From: Octopus sinensis
Lineage: Eukaryota
DNA: 64,000 nucleotides
Reading direction: 5' to 3'
Assembly (NCBI RefSeq): GCF_006345805.1
Contig: NC_043011.1
Span: 50,232,464 to 50,296,463 of the forward strand
Part shown: in pieces, positions 36,771 through 49,342 of the stretch
Position numbering within the stretch: position 1 is the first letter of the stretch
How the letters are laid out: every line of letters begins with the position of its first letter
Translations under genes and position numbers: made by a program
Notes under the pieces: model-generated
What the model saw: only the letters and a program-made list of their open reading frames with translations
Told to the model about the DNA's origin: nothing
The model's database searches: none

Positions 36771-36974
36771 TATAGGATTTGTGTAGAGCATCAGTATGCA
36801 GAATGTCTTGAATATCTTGCAGACTTCATTACTATAGACCCTTTCTATTGACCTGACCAAACCCATAAAGAAATGAAGGACATTTTTTTGTAGCCTTGAA
36901 GTAAGAGGAGTAAATATTCTCATGAAAAATCACCCGAGATCTCGTCACAATTCTTAACATGTAGGCATATTGAA

Positions 36975-37738
36975 AAATATTCTTTCTACTCAGGGCACAA
37001 AGCCCGAAATTTTTGTGGAGGGAGCCAGTCGATTAGATCTTCCCCATTATGCAGCTGGTACTTAATTTATCGACCCCGAAAGGATGAAAGGCAAAGTCGA
37101 CCTCGGCGGAATTTGAACTCAGAACGTAGCGGCAGACGAAATACCTATTTCTTTACTACCCACAAGGGGCTAAACACAGAGAGGACAAACAAGGACAGAC
37201 AAACGGATTAAGTTGATTATATCGGCCCCAGTGCGTAACCGGTACTTATTTAATCGATCCCGAAAGGATGAAAGGCAAAGTCGACCTCGGCGGAATTTGA
37301 ACTCAGAACGTAGCGGCAGTCGAAATACCTATTTCTTTACTACCCACAAGGGGCTAAACACAGAGGGGACAACAAGGAAAGGCAAACGGATTAAGCCGAT
37401 TACATCGACACCGGTGCGTAACTGGTAATTAATTTATCGACCCCAAAAGAATGAAAGGCAAAGTCGACCTCGGCAGAATTTGAACTCAGAACGTAGCGGC
37501 AGTCGAAATACCTATTTCTTTACTACCCACAAAGGGGCTAAACACAGAGGGGACAACAAGGAAAGGCAAACGGATTAAGCCGATTACCTCGACCCCAGTG
37601 CGTAACTGGTACTTAATTTATCGACCCCGAAAGGATGAAAGGCAAAGTCGACCTCGGCGGAATTTGAACTCAGAACGTAACGGCAGACGGCTACGCATTT
37701 CGCCCGGCGTGCTAACGTTTCTGCCAGCTCGCCGCCTT
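36975..37738 (-). mobile_element. SINE family B head plus four tandem body units
   Basis: ~185-bp unit repeated with junction AAATA|GGTATTTCG; terminal unit has the alternative tail. Confidence 0.9.
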
Positions 37739-38934
37739 ACGTATTTAAAGATACTGAATAAAATAAGCCAGCATGCATATTGTAAATTTGACCTCACCAC
37801 ATGGTTGTCCGTCCAATACCTATTTATCAAGTCGGTCATAACTTTTGTAAGTTACAAGTTGGTAGATATAATTTATATTATAGAAATGTTGCATATAATG
37901 GATCGCTGTCATATTCAGAGAACATGTGATTTGTGAGTCTTGGCAGCTTATGAAGTTTCTATTATGACTCTTTTTATCTTCTGTATTTACCAGTATGGCT
38001 ATAAAATGATCAAGAGACCTTTTAGAGGCTGGAGACTACCTCGCTGATTATGTTGTTGTGTCGACATATTTGTCGACAAACTTAACAACTTGCACCATTT
38101 TCACGAGCATTTTTCTCTCGAAAAGACGAAGTAGAATGTGAAAGAACAGAAAAAAATACGAAAACAAAAATATATTGAAGTAGATGAAATAAGAAAATGG
38201 GGGAAAAAAGAAAACATAATAAAGGAAAGAAAAAATTGAATGAAGCGAGTATGGCAGAAAGAAAAAAAAATTAAATAACAAAATAAAGATGAAAAATGAA
38301 CGGAAAAACGACGAAGACAACTGAAAGCATTTAATTCATTAACTCTGTTACCTTGGTGAGTTGTAAGCCTTTTAATCCACCCAAAAGAAAAAGTCGTCTG
38401 TTTACATACAGTTATAGGTTCTCGTCAGCTACTGTACGTTGGTGTCGTCTGCTGTTTATGTAATAAAGCTCTGTTATTAGCAGACGGTAACAATCATTCA
38501 CGAAGTAGGAAATAAATAAGAACGACAAAATATAAATAACAAAATTAATGAAAACGTAAATACAAATCAACAAAAAATGGAAGGATTAAGGCAGAAAATG
38601 TCAAATGATATTAGTTTATATAAACTATTTATCGAATAATTACTAACGCTCTCACGTTTCGGGTAAATGGAAATAAAATATTTACCGCTATAATTGCAAA
38701 CGTTGGAAAATGATGTTGCGTCAGAAGTAAGTTGATTTATTTTGACCAGGCGCAAGGCCAATCTTCCCAGAGCTGAAAAGGGCATAATCGATCGATTTAT
38801 ACCATTGCTATTTATTTTATCGATTTTCCAGGGATGAAAGGTGCAGGCCTATCAACGATGATATTTGAAGTCCTAATATAACGGGACGGAACGAAAATAT
38901 CTGAGTACTTGTGAGTGTGTATATATACAGGTGT

Positions 38935-39020
<86 letters not shown>

Positions 39021-39130
39021 ATGTGTAAATATGGTCAGTTCGTTCCTGTCGGTCAATGTTGTTCTGTCGCTGAATCATTACAGAAGTGAACTTTTAACTT
39101 GAAAATTTCATAAGGATGTTAAGTAGGAGC

Positions 39131-39298
39131 TGAAGAAGAAGAAGAAGAAGAAGAAGAAGAAGAAGAAGAAGAAGAAGAAGAAGAAGAAGAAGGAAGAAGA
39201 AGAAGGAAGAAGAAGAAGAAGAAGAAGAAGAAGAAGGAAGAAGGAAGAAGAAGAAGAAGAAGAAGAAGAAGAAGAAGACGAAGAAGAAGAAGAAGAAG
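39131..39298. repeat. (GAA)n purine tract with AAGG interruptions
   Basis: Direct reading. Confidence 0.95.
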
Positions 39299-39951
39299 CT
39301 CCATACTAGTTCTGTCAATGGACTCAGCCCATGCCGAGGCATTAATTTCAAGTGCTTCAGCCAAGCATATCGATCCGAATCCCTTCATTGAGTTTGTTGC
39401 GTATATCATCGATCTCTGTCAGTACGTCGTCTTTAAATATTGGTCATTAAGTAATTAACTGCATTTGCTTCTGTAAGCAATACAAGACGAGACTCGATTC
39501 AAATCAATCATAAACTTGCTCATGCTTACTGTTGAGGTGTTATGACTTAGTAAGAGGATAATTGGCATCACAGGTAAAATGTTTTGGGGCTTCTGTGATT
39601 GGCGGGAAAAAAAAGACGAGACCCACTTTATAAATGATTGCAACAGAATAGATCTCGCTAAAAGTACCTGAAGGCCTAGTGTTGTTGCCAAATTGGGTGG
39701 CGTATAAAGACTATCACTCAAGAAGAGGTACAGCTCCATCCGACGTGGTACCACGAAGTTCCCGTCAGGCAAATTGTATTCAAATGTGTCAACAGGAGAC
39801 TACATGCAGATAACATTTGCCCAAACCCGTAATTATGTAGAGGTGAAATAAAATTCCTAACCACCTAATCATACAGACACGACTATGCACAGTTAACTAC
39901 TCAGCTGTACTTGTACATGATAGCCAGATACTGCGTCTATGTGAATATATA

Positions 39952-40353
39952 GGCGCAGGAGTGGCTGTGTGGTAAGTAGCTTGCTTACCAACCACATGGC
40001 TCCGGGTTCAGTCCCACTGCGTGGCATCTTGGGCAAGTGTCTTCTGCTATAGCTTCGGGCCGACCAATGCCTTGTGAGTGGATTTGGTAGACGGAAACTG
40101 AAAGAAGCCTGTCGTGTATATGTATATATATATGTGTGTGTGTGTCTGTGTTTGTCCCCCTAGCATTGCTTGACAACCGATGCTAGTGTGTTTACGTCCC
40201 CGTCACTTAGCGGTTCGGCAAAAGAGACCGATAGAATAAGCACTGGGCTTACAAAGAATAAGTCCCGGGGTCGATTTGCTCGACTAAAGGCGGTGCTCCA
40301 GCATGGCCGAAGTCAAATGACTGAAACAAGTAAAAGAGTAAAGAGTAAAGAGT
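39952..40353 (+). mobile_element. SINE family A, full length
   Basis: Near-consensus copy. Confidence 0.95.
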
Positions 40354-40439
40354 ATAACAAAAGAATCAATTGTTGAGGATTCGATAAATAGTGATTTGAC
40401 ATGAATCTAGAGGACATTCTCATCACATCGGTATTATGC

Positions 40440-40760
40440 AGCGAGCTTAGCAGAACCGTTAGCATGTCAGGTGGCAAAATGCTCAGCGGCATTTCGCCTG
40501 TCATTACGTTCTGAGTTCAAATTCAGCCGAGGTTGGCTTGCCATTCATTCATTCGAATTGATAAAATGAGTATCAGGCCGTGTGCATATAGTATAAAGGA
40601 TTGTTCGTGGATTGGCAGTTCTTTTTCGTACTAACATTCAAATCCCGCCGATGTCCATTTGTACTTTATTGCTCCGCAGTCGACAAAATGAAGTACCAGT
40701 CAAGAAATGAGATCGATTTAAATCAGTTAAAAATCCACCCTTTCTCTCAAAAACTCAAGT
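40440..40760 (+). mobile_element. SINE family B, decayed pieces
   Basis: TTACGTTCTGAGTTCAAATTCAGCCGAGGT; GTCGACAAAATGAAGTACCAG. Confidence 0.65.
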
Positions 40761-41029
40761 TTTTTGACAAAGTCAAAGACAATTACTATTTTATACACTC
40801 ACTAAATCATTGTTTACTTCTGAAAAAAAAATTTTAACCGCTTTTGTAGTTGATTGTTGGTAACTGCTTTCAAGTCTAATTAAAGTCGATTTTATATTAA
40901 ATGAAAGATAATTGAATAGGCCGATGTTTTAAGAATTGACGATAATTATATTGTTATTTATTTCTAAATTTATTTGTTTAGAAGTTTTTGTCGTTATTCT
41001 TCCTCTGTAGTCAGTACTATGTAAAGACG

Positions 41030-41275
41030 AGTGGTTTACTGGTTAGGGTGATGCACTCATGATCTCAAGATTGTGGTTTCGATTCCTGAACCAGCTCTGC
41101 ATGGTGTTCTCGAGCATACGATTTCATTTTATTTCATTCCACTTAAATGAGTAACCCTGCGACTTACCGACGTCCCGTCCAGTGGGGAGGGAATATATAC
41201 ACCACAGAATCCAGGAAATCGGCCTCGTTGAGCCTCTCGATCGGGAAGGCCCTTTGCTCCTTTTGACCCAAGAGT
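41030..41275 (+). mobile_element. SINE family D
   Basis: GTGGTTAGGGTG..CACTCATGATC..GATTGTGGTTTCGATTCCTG head; CCCGTCCAGTGGGGA. Confidence 0.7.
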
Positions 41276-41392
41276 ATAGAGATTGCACAGACACACAAAA
41301 AGTCAAAATTATCACAAACTATGCATAATCCAATCTGCTCTCAAATGCAAGCAATGGTGCTGTGATAATCAAGCTGGCATATACCGGGATAC

Positions 41393-41764
41393 GGAGGCGC
41401 AATGGCCCGCGGACTCGCGGTCGTAGGATCGCGGTTTCGATTCCCAGACCGAGCGTTATGAGTGTTTATTCAGCGAAAACACCTAAAGCTCCACGAGGCT
41501 CCGACAGGGATGGTGGTGATCCCTGCTGTTCTCTTTCACCACAACTTTCTCTCACTCTTACTTCCTGTTTCTGTTGTACCTGTATTTCAAAGGGCCGGCC
41601 TTGTCACTCTCTGTGTCACGCTGAATATCCCAAAGAACTACATTAAGGGTACACGTGTCTGTGGAGTGCTCAGCCACTTACACGTTAATTTCACGAGCAG
41701 GCTGTTCCGTTGATTCGGATCAACCGGAACCCTCATCGTCGTAACCGACGGAGTGCTTCCAACA
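41393..41764 (+). mobile_element. SINE family C
   Basis: 12-bp TSD ATACCGGGATAC (41381-41392, 41765-41776). Confidence 0.95.
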
Positions 41765-41914
41765 ATACCGGGATACCCATTCGAACCTCAGTGTTATATT
41801 TGCGAGACTTTTTAAATTCCTCTCACACACTTCTTTATCAATAAGAAAGAATATCATCTACGATCGCGTTATTCTTCTTACTACGAAGCGAAGTTTCGCT
41901 GTTAAACAGTAATA

Positions 41915-42310
41915 GAGCATCTGGCAGAATCGTTACAACGCCGGGGAAAATGCTTAATGTCCTTTATGTTCCTAGTTCAAATTCAGCAGAGGGTGACATT
42001 GCCTTTCATCCTTTTCAGGTTCGGTAAATTAGGTACCTGTTGAGCACTGGTATCGATGTAATTGACCTATGCATTCCCTCAAAATTGCTGGCCTTGTGAA
42101 AATATTAGAAAGAAATATTATTGCAGGACGCAAGCTGGCACGTCGGTAAATGTTTTTCGGTATTGCTTTTGGCTTCTTATGCTGCGAGTTCAAATCATGC
42201 GAAATGCAACTTAACCTTCTATTCGTCAGGGTCCATAAAAAATACCAGTCGAGTACTGCGATCGATAGTATCAAATATCAAATAACTCCATCCCTTCAAA
42301 ATTGCTGAGT
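41915..42310 (+). mobile_element. Two decayed SINE family B (older subfamily) copies
   Basis: CTGGCAGAATCGTTA..AAAATGCTTA..GTTCAAATTC..TTGCCTTTCATCCTTT; second copy from ~42130. Confidence 0.7.
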
Positions 42311-42378
42311 TTGTTCCTGAATTAGGGACCGATATTGTTTAACAAAGAAATTCGAACTTTACACTTTTTTAATACTTA

Positions 42379-42592
42379 CGAGGGTATGCTGAAAAGTTCT
42401 TGGCTTTGAGAAAAGAAAATACAGGCGGATCTGTTAATTATGATTTATTCAACATATTCCTCTTTCAGATTTACACACTTATTTCAGCGATCCTTCAGTT
42501 TTTCTAAATCCTGTAAAAGAACTCGGAAGGATGGGCCTCCAGCCAGGCCTTCCGCGATACCTTAAAGCGAGGAACTTTTCAGCAACCCCTCG
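42379..42592. mobile_element. 214-bp mariner-type MITE
   Basis: TA-CGAGGGTATGCTGAAAAGTTC ... GAACTTTTCAGCAACCCCTCG-TA. Confidence 0.9.
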
Positions 42593-43554
42593 TAAACCCC
42601 AAGTAGATAGAGCGGTTGATATTTTTTGTTTAGAAAAAGCACTAAAATAGAGGCCGCTTTTCTCGTCTCTTCAACTTATCCTTAGCTCCATAGTATTGAT
42701 AAACCTCATTATCGTGTCTACCTGCAATATTAATACTTTTCCATCGCCACTACGTCAGAGATGTTTTGTATGTTTCGCATCAATAAATGTCAAGTATTGT
42801 TACATATAATGCTTACTTTATGGTACTTTTGAATCGCAGCTGACGGAAGTATTGTCCCCAGAGGTGCACTAGATCGATGAGCAGCTGACGTGTACGGAGA
42901 TCAGGTTATCATCTTCTGTGATTAAACATTGCTGCGCTCCACTCTGGTTGGCTCCATAATCTGTTACGTGCACGGAGATGCTAGAAATAGCCTCATTAGA
43001 CAACATATATTTCAGTGTCATTCGGAATTGCCCGACACTGAAGCGGCATGGCAGCACATGGTGGCCACACAGATCGGCCGCTTGGCTACATCTACACTTT
43101 TCTCGAGATATTAATTACTGTCTCGAGTCCCTAGAATTCATAGCGTGAATTACCCGCTTTCCATGGCGTTTACGTGATCGAGATCACGAAATCCACACTG
43201 CACGGGACGCCAGTTCTTTCGGAAGGTTGTTTAGTTAAATTTGAGCAGATTCCAGCAACCATGAAAGGAAGTGTTCTCCTCAAATACGCAACGTACCGCC
43301 CGCGTGGCGTATCCAAGTGAAAGTCTTACGCTCGTTTAGTGAAATATTCTAAACTCGAGGCCACGCATCTTCGCCGATTTACACCTGAGCATTTTCGAAA
43401 CCTGAATTTTAGACGAACTGTTTTTACAATTTAGATTTGGCTTTCACGTATTAGTTTGCTTTGCAAAAACCGATTTACGTAAGCAAAAACACGCACGTAC
43501 ATACATACATACATACATACATACATACATACATACATACATACATAAGGAAAA

Positions 43555-43877
43555 GAGTACTCCATCGGTTTCGACGAAGATGGTTCCAGCTGATACAATC
43601 AACGGAAGAGCTTGCTCGTGAAATTAACGTGCAAGCGGCTGAGCACTCCACAAACACGTGTACGGTTAACGTAGTTCTAGGGGTGATTCAGCGTGACACA
43701 GAGTGTGACAAGGCCGACCCTTTGAAATACAGGTACTACTCATTTTTGACAGTTGAGTGGACTGGAGTAACGTGAAATAAAGTGTCATACTCAAGTACAC
43801 AACGCGCCGCCGAGAATCGAACTCGCAAGCTTACGATCATGAACCGAATGCCCCTAACCACTAAGCCACGCGCCTTC
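43555..43877 (-). mobile_element. Chimeric SINE: family D head joined to family C 3' half
   Basis: GAAGGCGCGTGGCTTAGTGGTTAGG...CTCCAGTCCACTCAACTG..AAATGAGTA then GTACCTGTATTTCAAAGGG..CCTTGTCAC shared with family C. Confidence 0.8.
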
Positions 43878-43879
43878 AC

Positions 43880-44177
43880 ATATACATACATACATAACAT
43901 ACATACATACACACACACCACACACATACATACAACATACATACATACATACACAACATACATACATACATACATAATACATACGTACGTACGTACGTAC
44001 GTACGTACATACATAATACCATACATACATACATACATACATACTACATACTTACATACATACACACATACATACACACACATACATACATACATTACAT
44101 ACGTACATACGTACGTACATACATACATACATACATACATACATACATACATACATACCACATACATACATACATAT

Positions 44178-44208
<31 letters not shown>

Positions 44209-44555
44209 TACATACATACATACATACATACATACATACATACATACTACATACATTACGTACGTACGTACATACATACATACATAATACATACATAACA
44301 CACACACACACACACCACATACATACATACATACATACATACATACATACATACATACATACATACATACAACGTACGTACGTACGTACGTACATACATA
44401 CATACATACATACATACATACATACATACTTACATACATACACACATACATACACACACATACATACATACATACATACATACATACATACATACATACA
44501 TACATACATACATACATACATACATACATACATACATACATACATACATACATAA
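43880..44555. repeat. ~675-bp (TACA)n array with (TACG)n and (CA)n variant blocks
   Basis: Direct reading; source of the YVCM/HTYI ORFs. Confidence 0.95.
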
Positions 44556-45058
44556 TTCACATCACTTCTAAAAACACTTTATTATTTTCTAAGCCATAGT
44601 GTCAGCTCTGTTTAACTTCGAAATAATCCACAGAAATGTGTGTGTGTGTGTGTGCATAAACAGAAACTGTTATCATTTTATGCGACTCGGAAAAGTAAGA
44701 GACCTGAAGTAGACAGACACCTATGAAATAAACCTGCTACTTTCACACTGGCAACACCAAAAAATACAAAATAACCAAAATTTACTGACACCATTAACAT
44801 AATCATATCATTACACTGTGATAATCAAATTATCAACGAAAGTGTACTATACTACTACAGCATATATCGACTGCTGTTTTGAGTAAATATTACTGTGTAC
44901 ACACACAGTCTATGCACACACTGGTGTACACCATACATTACTGTAAGCACACTGATTGGCTTACATATATATTTACTCATATTTTGCATGTACATACATA
45001 TACATACACACACACGTATATATATATATATATATATAGATATATATTATATATATAT

Positions 45059-45129
<71 letters not shown>

Positions 45130-46320
45130 CCTATATATGTATGTATTTATGTATGTATGTACTTTTTATGTATGTATAATAGTAGAAGGATGCCAGACAA
45201 ACAACCACTGGTAGGAGAATGTGTTTATGTATTTATATGAAACAATCTATGTACAGTTTACATGATGACAGCAAGTTTTTTCTTTACAGCTGTTTCGAAG
45301 ATTCAATAAATGATATACTATTCTACCTTGATGGAGTCTAGTCTCAAGAAATCTATTACCTTGAGTACTATTTGATTAAATATTTTAAAACTATTCTCAG
45401 TGCATTTTCAACCTGTATTTTCCCTATATTTCTACCTGCGTGGAACAAAATAAGCTTGTTATATATATATATATATGTGTGATAAAGAGAGGAAGTGTGT
45501 ATATGTGTGTGTAGCTACCTAGTCATGGCTTAACAGTGCGTGTCTCAGAGTACCCAACATATCACCTGTACTGTTAACTTTATACTGAGCCAACGTGACG
45601 CTCTGTACGAGAAGGCTGCCATCGTCACCTCACAGGTTTCACATCCATCTATCGGGTCTATCGAGATTACACACACTTCCCGTCTACAAATTTTAGCCGT
45701 CTTAATGCTATCGCAGATCCTTATCCAAGATGTTCAGCAGTACTTTTTCACATTATAAATGAATATTTTACAATAGCTTCTTGTATTTTGATGTTCACTC
45801 TTATCCCTTATACGAATACCACTGTACAGTGGTTACGCCACAACATTACAGTTCCAATTAGATACTATATCATGATAGCTTATTCAAACAGCGACATACG
45901 CTGTATGTCGTTTCTTCAATGTTAATTTCACAGTTTCTATTAGTTGTCACATCCAAGTCTCTTAATGACATTCTTAACAATTTCATGCATCAAGTATTTG
46001 TTATTATTTCCAGATTAAGAATTATCTGACAGTACGATTGTCTGGTTGCCTGTCAGTCTGTCTGTTTGCCTCTATTAATGTATGTATGTCCACGTGCTTG
46101 TTTCTCTGTCGGTCTGTCTGTCTGTCGGTCAGTCAGCCTATATTGACTCTATTTCTATGAATGTATATGGATGTACCTATGCTTGTTTGATGCATCTCTT
46201 TATCTACACTATCGGTTTTTCTCTTATTGTGCACATACATACATACTGCCATGTTGAATCGTTAGCTCCTGCACGCATTTTTTTCTCTCCTTGTTTCTCT
46301 CCGTGTTTCTTTTCTGTGTA

Positions 46321-46358
46321 TCTTTCTGTTGAAGAGCGTAGGCTCGAAACGTAAAAGA
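46321..46358 (+). ncRNA. Minimal type I hammerhead-like motif with variant core CUGUUGA (family F1, 46255-46460)
   Basis: TCTTT-CTGTTGA-A-GAGC(GTAG)GCTC-GAAAC-GTA-AAAGA: 5-bp stem I, 4-bp stem II, palindromic ACGT stem III. Confidence 0.6.
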
Positions 46359-46457
46359 CTTGTTTTATTTCTATTCCTGAGCGCCATACTAATACAATTG
46401 TTTGTACTCCACATACCTTCGTCTTTTGTTTATTTTCGTAAAGCTTCCCGTTATATA

Positions 46458-46508
<51 letters not shown>

Positions 46509-46514
46509 CACAAT

Positions 46515-47890
46515 TCGATATTGTTGATTTTTATGCCTCTATCTCTAAAGAACTGCTAGATAAAGCCCTAATCTTCGCTAGTGACTTCATAGAAATTAGT
46601 ACAATGATAAGGATATAATCTTCCATGCTAGAAAGACATTACTTTTCAGTGAGAATGCAAAGTGGGTAAAAAACACCGACACGGAGGGCGCTTTCGATGT
46701 GAGCATGGGTTCATATGATGGGGCAGGCATCTGTGATCTAATTGGACTCTTTCTCCTAGATACCTTCGGTAAGACATTCCCTAACGTACATTTCGCCATC
46801 TACAAAGATGATGCCCTCGCCTTAACAGCTAATACAAATGGACCAGCACAAGATCGTTTTAGGAAGGATATTATCCAGTTAATGAACACTTCGGACTTAG
46901 TATAACTATAGACACTAACCTGACGGTTGTCAATTTCTTAGACGTTTCCTTAGATCTTAATAATAATATTTATAAGCCTTATAGGAAGCCCAATGATAGA
47001 CTAAGTTATATTAATGTAGGTTCATGCCATCCCCCTATAGTATTCAAAAATTTAGTTAAAAATATTAGTAAGAGGATTTCTAGCCTCTCATCTAATGAGG
47101 ACATCTTCAATAGCGTTGCCCCAGTTTATAATAAAGCTTTAAAAGATAGTGGTTTTAGCGAAAAAATAAAATATACACCTGTCACCAGCCCAACAATAAG
47201 GAAAAGGAATAATAGAAATAGGAAGGTCATCTGGTTTACGCCCCCTTACTCACCCGAGGTGGCCTTCAATATAGGTAAATATTTCCTAGCACTGATAGAT
47301 AGACATTTTCCAGTTAACCATGCTTATAGGAAACTCTTCAATAGACACAATTAAAATTAGTTTTAGTTCAACTACCAATTTTAAAAACATAATCAATCAT
47401 AACATACAAAAAACACAAGAAGAAAACAGCTGTTCATGCAGGAATAAAGAATTGTGCCCGCTAAATGGAGCTTGCATGTCCAAGACCATCATATATGAAG
47501 CTACCGTAAACTCTATAACCACTAAAGACACCGTTTCGACGAAGAAATACGTGGGCCTGACAGAGGGTAATTTCAAGGCCAGGTTCAATAACCACACTTT
47601 GAGCTTTAGGCACTGGAACAAAAGAAAAGCGACACAATTATCCAATCATATTGGTCTTTAAGAGATAAAGGTGTCGATTATAACATACAATGGAAGATTT
47701 TGGCCAGATGTAAGCCCTATACTAACGGCAGCGGAAGGTGCGGTTTATGCGACATGGAGAGATGGCTTATCTGGAAAAGCAGCTTAGACCCTACCACATG
47801 TCTAAATACAAGGACAGAGCTTTTCGGATCATGCCCACATGTGACTAAATTTCTGTTACGTTTTTGGTCCCCTAAAGAAAACGGATAGAA
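46515..47890 (+). mobile_element. Penelope-like element remnant 2 (RT plus C-terminal GIY-YIG; Neptune-like)
   Basis: FDVSMGSYDGAGICDLIGLFLL..IYKDDAL; VNFLDVSLDL..YKPYRKPND..YINVGSCHPP; WFTPPYS; CSCRNKELCPLNGAC..IIYEATV..KYVGLTEGNFKARFNNH; CGLCDME..LNTRTEL..CPH; frameshifted. Confidence 0.9.
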
Positions 47891-48072
47891 CATGCTTTCT
47901 GTGTTATGTCCCAAGAAGATTTTATATATTTTTATATATTTTTATGTATTTTTATATAATTTTTATGACGAAAAATGCGAGCGATGTATAAGTACGCAGG
48001 CAAAGCAGAGTTATAACAGAGTAATTTCCCTTCATTTTTAACGGTATTTTTTCATAACGTTTTCAAATAGCC

Positions 48073-48135
48073 AGATAACCGAAGAGATGGTGTTGTGGAT
48101 TTCCACTTCGGCATCTGAAACTCAGAGTTTTATCT
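48073..48135 (+). ncRNA. Type I hammerhead-like motif 3' of Penelope remnant 2
   Basis: AGATAA-CCGAAGA-GATG..CATC-T-GAA-ACT(CAG)AGT-T-TTATCT: 6-bp stem I, 3-bp stem III; core U4>C. Confidence 0.55.
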
Positions 48136-48665
48136 TGACTACCGAGTAATGTAACATATTGTATAGATAGATATATTATATATATATATTATATATATAT
48201 ATATATATTATTTTCATAATATATATATATATATGTATATACATATATATATATATATATGCAATATTATATATGTATGTGTATAATATATAATATATAT
48301 ATATATGCATGTATATGTATGTTATGTATGTAAATAGGTTTTTTCTCTCTATATAAAATACACTTCGAGGTGTTGAAGAGATATCCACTTGAGCGGGTAG
48401 ATGAGTAAATGTAATGAGAAGTTAGGCAAGCCGATTTATAGGAAATAGTTCGAAACCATGGTCTGGGAAATAATTGAGATGGTAAACGTTTTTAATTTTC
48501 ATTCCTTTCGAAAATTTATCCTTATTTGGTGGTTTTGAGTTTTCTACTGCTCTTTCTAACACAAGGCTTTCCTATTTGGAAGCCTCTTATTGTATCTTTC
48601 TCTCTCTCTCTCTCTCTTCTCTCTTTCTCTCTCTCTCTCCCTCTCTCTCTCCCTCTCTCTCTCCC

Positions 48666-48738
<73 letters not shown>

Positions 48739-49342
48739 CATACACACACAAGCAAATATATGCATACTTATACAAGTAGGCAAGACATTGAGGGATAGAG
48801 AGAAAGAAAGAGATAAAGAGAATGTGACTGAAAGACAAGAGAATATACAAATATAAAAGATGCTATCTCCTAACGAATATATTTACTTTAACTGTGATAT
48901 GTATAAACGGCTAATGTTAAACAGAACATAATAAATAGAAAATATATAAAGAATTAGTGAAGGATCTGCATACGCCCGTTTTAGATTATGGATATAGATC
49001 TATACCAGGAAATACTGTAACTTTTCTTTAGTTATTAATTTAACTACCTCAACATTACGCTTAAGCAGCTGGATTTTAAATATTCAGAGATTGCGCAAGT
49101 AATTAAAACATTGTATACTCATATTCAGGCATACCATACAAACATGCTTGCAGACATATGTACACACACACCACACACACACACACACACACATACATAT
49201 GCGTGCTCTGCCCACAATTATGATCTCTCTCTTTCTCTCTCTCTCTCTCTCTTTCTACTCTGCACGCACACACACACGCTCACATATATGTGTATATGAA
49301 TAAATAAATGGAGTTTAACGCAGGTGTAAATCAAATATTTTT

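Noticed and set aside
36975-37738. CRISPR-like regularly repeated palindromic sequence
   Set aside because: Whole ~185-bp units repeat with no unique spacers; they are SINE bodies in a eukaryotic context with no cas genes.
38832-38910. Strong acceptor/donor pair (TTTTCCAG|...|GTGAGT)
   Set aside because: Stops in all three frames; could only be a UTR or non-coding exon, which sequence alone cannot support.
43736-44560. 257-274-aa YVCM/HTYI ORFs
   Set aside because: (TACA)n microsatellite artefact.
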